This document shows positions 59,028 to 64,000 of a DNA stretch of 64,000 nt, one piece after another (within the stretch, counting starts at the first letter, position 1; each line of letters starts with the position of its first letter). Made by a program: the position numbers and the translations under genes. The notes beneath the pieces are model-generated. The model had not been told where the DNA came from, did no database searches, and saw nothing but the letters and a program-made list of their open reading frames with translations. The stretch comes from Syntrophorhabdaceae bacterium (GTDB taxonomy: Bacteria > Desulfobacterota > Syntrophorhabdia > Syntrophorhabdales > Syntrophorhabdaceae), in contig CAXXUO010000001.1 of assembly GCA_963666485.2 (NCBI GenBank), positions 960,001 to 1,024,000 of the forward strand, written 5' to 3'.

Positions 59028-60038
59028 CTACAGATTGCCTTTTCGGTATCCGACGGCCGTATGGTATGCCGCCCTGTCAAAAAAATAGACCAGGCGCTCC
59101 CCCAGTTCGAACATGCGGTATATGTCAACCGCCTTTTCCCAGACACCAAAAGAATACGTGAACATCCACACGTGTTTCTTGAGAAGGGACAGCGAGCTGA
59201 TCGCCTCCTCCAGGGGAACGTCGCCCTCTTTGCGGTCTCGCCCGAGGCTCCGGTAAAATGCCGTAAATTCGCTTTCGCTCTTTTCTTTTCTCAGCCAGGC
59301 GCCGAATTGCCCCATGATGACCATCGCCCGCTCACGCAGGTCGTTTCTGCTCACTGACCTGTACGAGCGTGTGGACGGGTTTGTCGTTATGTCGTCGAGC
59401 CAGAGCTCTACGATCTTCGCCGAGTTGTCCTCCACCGCCTGGGCAAGCTGGTCGGACAGGAGGACCACCGGGTAGCCTATTTTGTCCTTGACCGTGCTTT
59501 CGACGAAGGTCTCGAAGGAATCGTGTATGCTCCAGAGCTCTTTTTTGAGCTCTACGAACCTGGCGATCGCCTTTTCCTGGGAATCGAACGCAAGTTTCGG
59601 AAGGTTCATGACCGGGAAGTACCGGGCATCCCAGGCGTCATCCCCCGCCCTCTCGACGCCTCCCGTTTTTTCAACTTCGAATGTAACGATGAGCAGCTCC
59701 CCGTACATCGGGTTGATGTGCGACCCGACGTCGAGAAGCTGGACTATCTTCCCGTCAACCCCCGCTTCCTCCTTGAGCTCCCGCAATGCGGCATCCTCGA
59801 TGCTCTCGCCGGTCTCCGCAAAACCGATCGGGCAGCACCACATGTCCTTGAACGGCTCTTTGGCCCGGCGCACGAGGAGGATCTCGCGCTTCTGGTTGGC
59901 GAGGACGACGGAGGCTACCGGCAGGGGGTTCTCATAATATATCGTGCTGCATGCCGTACAGACCTGCCGGTGCTTTCCCTCGAGAAAGTCGGTGCTGAGA
60001 GGTTCCCCGCAATGGTTGCAGTACACTTTTATCTTCAT
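59028..60038 (-). CDS. Zn-ribbon NUDIX hydrolase with C-terminal helical (RsbRD_N/globin-like) domain
   Basis: CNHC/CTAC; GFAETGESIEDAALRELKEEAG Nudix box. Confidence 0.82.
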   Translation of the reverse strand: MKIKVYCNHCGEPLSTDFLEGKHRQVCTACSTIYYENPLPVASVVLANQKREILLVRRAKEPFKDMWCCPIGFAETGESIEDAALRELKEEAGVDGKIVQLLDVGSHINPMYGELLIVTFEVEKTGGVERAGDDAWDARYFPVMNLPKLAFDSQEKAIARFVELKKELWSIHDSFETFVESTVKDKIGYPVVLLSDQLAQAVEDNSAKIVELWLDDITTNPSTRSYRSVSRNDLRERAMVIMGQFGAWLRKEKSESEFTAFYRSLGRDRKEGDVPLEEAISSLSLLKKHVWMFTYSFGVWEKAVDIYRMFELGERLVYFFDRAAYHTAVGYRKGNL

Positions 60039-60826
60039 GTTCGCGCCAGGAATATCCGGTCGTTCTTGTTGAACTTAAGCTCCCCTTTTCTGCCGAGTTC
60101 CGCGATCATCTTCTCCCGCACGATCCGGGGATCGACGTCTTTCTCGATGAATTCCTTTTTGAAGTCGATGTACTTTGCCAGCGAACCCTCGTCCCCCCGA
60201 TGAAAGATGAGTGCGTTCGGGTAGTCGATATGCCGGACGTCCCTGAAATAGGGGCGCAGGATGTCGTACCCGTTCTCCGCGGAAAAATGTTCTATCACTT
60301 TCCTTAAGTTCCTGAAATCAAAGTAATGCTGCCCCTCCTCGAGCATCGAGGCGCTGTGCGTGAGGGCGAGGAAAAGCCCGCCGGGCCGCAAGAGGCGCGC
60401 TATCTCCGGAAGAAGGCCCGGGAAGAAATACAGCGAGTAGAGGGAAACGACCAGGTCGAACCGCGCAGCGGAAAGCCCGGTCGGAGCGGGAAGCATCATC
60501 TTGAAGAAAAACACCTCGCCGGCCTTTGGCCTCGCCGCCCTGAGGAACGGGCCTTCGTTCTCCCCGAGGCAATCTATGCCGCCTATCGTGTCGAGGCCCG
60601 CCGGCATCACCTCCTCGAACCACCCGTACCCGCAGCCGAGGTCGAGGACGTCCTTTATCCCCTCGCCCCAGGGGATGGCGTCCCGCACGACCTGCCTGAT
60701 ATCCTCCTTGTTCTCGGAATGGTGCTGGATTATGGCGCCCACCTCGGTGTGGACCTTGAGATCGGAATAGCTTCGTATGATCTCCCCGTTGCAGGTCCCT
60801 GCGTGTGCCTGTTCCATCGAATACAA
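60035..60826 (-). CDS. Class I SAM-dependent methyltransferase
   Basis: VLDLGCGYG, LLRPGG. Confidence 0.85.
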   Translation of the reverse strand: MYSMEQAHAGTCNGEIIRSYSDLKVHTEVGAIIQHHSENKEDIRQVVRDAIPWGEGIKDVLDLGCGYGWFEEVMPAGLDTIGGIDCLGENEGPFLRAARPKAGEVFFFKMMLPAPTGLSAARFDLVVSLYSLYFFPGLLPEIARLLRPGGLFLALTHSASMLEEGQHYFDFRNLRKVIEHFSAENGYDILRPYFRDVRHIDYPNALIFHRGDEGSLAKYIDFKKEFIEKDVDPRIVREKMIAELGRKGELKFNKNDRIFLART

Positions 60827-60831
60827 CCCCC

Positions 60832-61446
60832 TTAACGCGAAAGCCGGTCCGACAGGGTCCCCTTGCCTTGCCGCAGGATCTCGACCGTATCGTCCGCAAG
60901 CCTGACGACCGTGGACGGCAAACCGCCCAGGATGCCTCCGTCTACGATCAATGAAATGTTCTTGCCAAACGTCTTTTCGATCTGCTTAGGGTCGGCGATG
61001 ACATCCTCCCCGGCGATCCGGGCACTGGTGTTGATGATCGGCCGGCCGAAAAGGTTCACGATGCCCACGGGCACGGGGTTTGCCGGTATCCTCACCCCGA
61101 CCTCTTTCCTGTCCGTCATGAGAAGCTTCGGTATTATCTTCCGCGCCTTCAGGACGAAGGTGAAGGGGCCGGGAAGGTACCATTTGACGATATCGAACGA
61201 AAAATCCGTCAGAACGGCATAGGAGCTTATGTCCTTCAAGTTTCTGCAGATTATGCTCAACCGGCTTTTCTCGTCGAGGCGTTTCATCGCGTACAGCTTC
61301 CGGATGGACTTTATGTTGAAAAGATCGCACCCGATACCGTAATACGTATCGGTGGGATATGCAATGATGCTGCCCTCCTCGAGCGTACTGATAATGAGTT
61401 CTGTCGTCTTTTTCTTCGGCCTCTCCGGGTTCCATTCGAATATCAT
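60832..61446 (-). CDS. Sua5/YrdC/YciO family protein
   Basis: YPTDTYYGIGC, LPGPFT, NTSA, PSTVV. Confidence 0.9.
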   Translation of the reverse strand: MIFEWNPERPKKKTTELIISTLEEGSIIAYPTDTYYGIGCDLFNIKSIRKLYAMKRLDEKSRLSIICRNLKDISSYAVLTDFSFDIVKWYLPGPFTFVLKARKIIPKLLMTDRKEVGVRIPANPVPVGIVNLFGRPIINTSARIAGEDVIADPKQIEKTFGKNISLIVDGGILGGLPSTVVRLADDTVEILRQGKGTLSDRLSR

Positions 61447-62030
61447 ATCTTTCTCGCTACAAGCTGTGCCGTGACCCTCGTCTTGCCCGAGCGGTCATGC
61501 GCCCCCTCTTCGTAGTGGATGGGCTTTAACCGGGGAAAAAGCCTTAAGAGCTCCCCGTCGTCGAGAAGAAAGGCCGGGTTCCGGGGCCGGTCCACTTCGT
61601 TCTGCCGCTTCAGAAAGGTCTCATATATAAGTATACCACCTGGCTTAAGCATTTCTGTAATGTCCGGCGCTATCTCGCGTAAAAGGAAGAAAAATATGAT
61701 GATACCGTCGAAGGCGCCTTTCCTGAAGGGAGGGGAGCCTGCGTCCGCTCTCACGATATCAAGAGGAAGCGCGTTGAGCCGGGCTTCTTCCCGGGCCAGC
61801 CTGATCGCCTCGGAGGAGAATTCGAGGCCGGTCATCTTAACGCCCCGGGACGCGAGATACAGCGCATCCCTTCCCCTGCCCATCGCTATATCGAGAACGT
61901 GCTTGCCTTCGAGAAGATGGGCAAACGTGACGACAAGGTCGTGGGGGCCGCCAAGCCCGTCGTAAAATCCGGTCCGGTATCTCTCATCCCAATCGGGCGC
62001 CTCATGATCATCATCGTTATTTCGCTCCAA
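61443..62030 (-). CDS. Class I SAM-dependent methyltransferase (TehB-like)
   Basis: WDERY, LDIAMGRGRDALYLA, LKPGG. Confidence 0.85.
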   Translation of the reverse strand: MERNNDDDHEAPDWDERYRTGFYDGLGGPHDLVVTFAHLLEGKHVLDIAMGRGRDALYLASRGVKMTGLEFSSEAIRLAREEARLNALPLDIVRADAGSPPFRKGAFDGIIIFFFLLREIAPDITEMLKPGGILIYETFLKRQNEVDRPRNPAFLLDDGELLRLFPRLKPIHYEEGAHDRSGKTRVTAQLVARKI

Positions 62031-62117
62031 AACCTTGTCCCGTCCGAGCTAGTATTATAGTCCATTACCCGCGGTTAATGGATAGCTTTTTTTTAAGCAG
62101 GGTGTTATATAAGACCC

Positions 62118-62759
62118 ATGCCCGTCAAAATAGTCTTCCTCGACTGTGATGGCACGCTTACAACGGTCAAGAGCAGCTGGGAGTACCTGCATCGGCGGCT
62201 CGGTCTCTGGACAGAGAACGCGGATGAATACCAGGAGCTTTTCCGGCAGGGGACGATCGACTACCACGAGTTCTGCCGGCGTGACGCACTCCTGTGGAGG
62301 GGCATGAACGTTGGCTCGGTCCTGCCGATCCTCGAGGAAATACCCTATCAGCCGGGCGCACGCGAACTCGTCCGGTCCCTGAAGGGGGCGGGCGTCATTA
62401 CCGTCATCGTTTCGACGGGCCTGTCATTCCTGGTCGAAAAGGTAAAGCACGAACTCGGCATTGACCACACGTTCGCGAATGACCTCCTTGTCTCGCGGGG
62501 TGAACTTTCGGGCGAGATACGGATAAACGTCGATTACGATATGAAGGGAAGGATCGTCCGGACAATGCTCCGCGACTTCGGTATTGCATTCGATGAGGCC
62601 TCGGCGATCGGTGACGGCGAGGGTGATCGGGGAATGTTCGAAGAGGTCCGCCTGCCCATCGGCTTCAACATCAACGGGGGCGCGGTGAATTTTCCCGGCC
62701 GCACCCGGTATATCAAGGAACTGCACGAAGCAAAACACCTCCTGGGGGTCGGACCATGA
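62118..62759 (+). CDS. HAD phosphatase (phosphoserine phosphatase-like)
   Basis: DCDGTL, VSTG, GDGEGD. Confidence 0.85.
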   Translation: MPVKIVFLDCDGTLTTVKSSWEYLHRRLGLWTENADEYQELFRQGTIDYHEFCRRDALLWRGMNVGSVLPILEEIPYQPGARELVRSLKGAGVITVIVSTGLSFLVEKVKHELGIDHTFANDLLVSRGELSGEIRINVDYDMKGRIVRTMLRDFGIAFDEASAIGDGEGDRGMFEEVRLPIGFNINGGAVNFPGRTRYIKELHEAKHLLGVGP

Positions 62760-63226
62760 TCATCCCGGCATCACGGCTTTTGATGCTTCTCGGTTTGTCC
62801 CTTCTTTTCCTCCTGCCGTCGTGTGCGCCGAAAAAGATCAAGATCTACGATTCCCTGCCCGAGGGTGCGCGCAGCAATGTTGTCCAGGCCGCGCTTGCCC
62901 AGCAGGGCAAGAAATACAGGCTCGGCAACAAGGGGCCCGATTATTTTGACTGCAGCGGCCTTGTTTATTACAGTTACCGGCAGGCCGGCATTTCCGTGCC
63001 CCTTACGGCAGACCTGCAAGGGCGTTTCGGGGCGGAGATACCGCGCGACAACGTCCAGCCGGGGGACCTCGTGCTTTTCAAGATAAAGAACGATGATCAC
63101 ATAGGGATCATGGTAAACAATTCCGATTTTGTCCATGCATCCAAGTCGCGCGGCGTTGCGGTCGACTCGTTGAACCTGCCCTACTGGCGCCGGTACCTCA
63201 CGGGCTTCAGGTGTATCATTTACTAG
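62756..63226 (+). CDS. NlpC/P60 family lipoprotein
   Basis: LPS-C lipobox; FDCSGLV, PGDLVLF, HIGI, FVHAS. Confidence 0.92.
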   Translation: MIIPASRLLMLLGLSLLFLLPSCAPKKIKIYDSLPEGARSNVVQAALAQQGKKYRLGNKGPDYFDCSGLVYYSYRQAGISVPLTADLQGRFGAEIPRDNVQPGDLVLFKIKNDDHIGIMVNNSDFVHASKSRGVAVDSLNLPYWRRYLTGFRCIIY

Positions 63227-63329
63227 GCGAAAGGGCGGGCCCGGATTGTGGTCAGGGGCACGGAATTTAAAGATTTTCCGGCAAGTCGGCGGTTAAGGCG
63301 CGTGCCGGGGCGGCACCGGATTAAAACTG

Positions 63330-63358
63330 TTGACTTGGGAAAAATTGTCCTGTAGAAT
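63330..63358 (+). promoter_or_regulatory. sigma70 promoter of dnaA
   Basis: TTGACT-17 bp-TAGAAT. Confidence 0.75.
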
Positions 63359-63384
63359 AAGCTATACGTTACCCGGCACAACAC

Positions 63385-63474
63385 TGTTGACAAGCTTCTC
63401 AGTTAAATTATGAACTTATTCTAACCTCCGGGGTACTTACTAATTTTCCACATATGTTGAAAAGTTGTTGAAAA
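63385..63474. promoter_or_regulatory. DnaA-box cluster (dnaA autoregulation / candidate oriC part)
   Basis: TTTTCCACA 63444-63452 (consensus); TGTTGAAAA 63455-63463 and 63466-63474; TGTTGACAA 63385-63393; AT-rich. Confidence 0.65.
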
Positions 63475-63484
63475 AATCCGCGCC

Positions 63485-64000
63485 ATGTCTGATATCTTAT
63501 CCCAAATAAAGCCGAAGATTGCTTCGCTTGTCAGCGAAGATAGCTTCAAAACCTGGATCGAACCGCTCACGTTCGTCGAGCTCGAGAACTCGACGTGCCG
63601 GATAGGTGTTCCCAACGCGTTCTTCCGGGACTGGGTCACCGAGAACTTCGGGTCGATCATTTCCCAGCTGCTTAAGGAAACGGTGAAGGAAGACGTCAAG
63701 ATCGAGTACGTGCTGAAAAGGGATGAGAAGATTGCCGAGGAAAAGAAAAGGGTTGTCATAAAAAAGAACATAAACTACAGCCAGTTCAATCCCCGGTACA
63801 CATTCGAGAATTTCGTTGTCGGCTCGAGCAACCAGTTCGCGAATGCCGCGTGCCTCGCCGTGTCGACGAACCCGGGCAAAACGTACAACCCGTTATTTAT
63901 CTACGGGGGTGTCGGCCTTGGCAAGACCCACCTTTTGAACGCGGTGGGCAATTTCCTTGTCAAGCACGGGACCATAAACCCCGAGCGCATCTGTTACATT
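63485..64000 (+). CDS. dnaA: Chromosomal replication initiator DnaA (3' truncated by window)
   Basis: Not in ORF track; [55 protein letters not shown]. Confidence 0.97.
   Translation, partial: MSDILSQIKPKIASLVSEDSFKTWIEPLTFVELENSTCRIGVPNAFFRDWVTENFGSIISQLLKETVKEDVKIEYVLKRDEKIAEEKKRVVIKKNINYSQFNPRYTFENFVVGSSNQFANAACLAVSTNPGKTYNPLFIYGGVGLGKTHLLNAVGNFLVKHGTINPERICYI

Overview
Bacterial chromosomal window, probably from an anaerobic deltaproteobacterium such as a Syntrophorhabdus-like organism (inferred from gene content only). Bases 1-26034 are the 3' part of a type VI secretion system (T6SS) operon: tssC end, two hcp, tssE/F/G, clpV, a TssB-TssC-like fusion, a cupin lipoprotein, three tandem vgrG, DUF2169-pentapeptide, pentapeptide, DUF3540, DUF4150/PAAR-like, and a GT60-type GlcNAc-transferase fused to a radical SAM/SPASM domain. 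The three vgrG share apparently identical 1.4-1.5 kb 5' halves. VgrG1 carries a ~525-aa mucin-like (TVTPTQ/TVTPTE)n insertion in its spike region. The best candidate for an undescribed system is a T6SS that O-glycosylates a mucin-like domain on its own spike using the operon-encoded GT60-radical SAM enzyme; this is an inference. The DUF2169 adaptor also appears to contain a catalytically dead primase (Toprim)-like insertion. Downstream are an intact IS256-family element with an 8-bp target duplication, tRNA-Ala(CGC), signalling and housekeeping genes (glgA, galT, galE, hpt, purQ, cytochrome c biogenesis), heptamer tandem repeats, and the start of dnaA with a promoter and DnaA boxes. All family calls come from motif recognition, not database searches.
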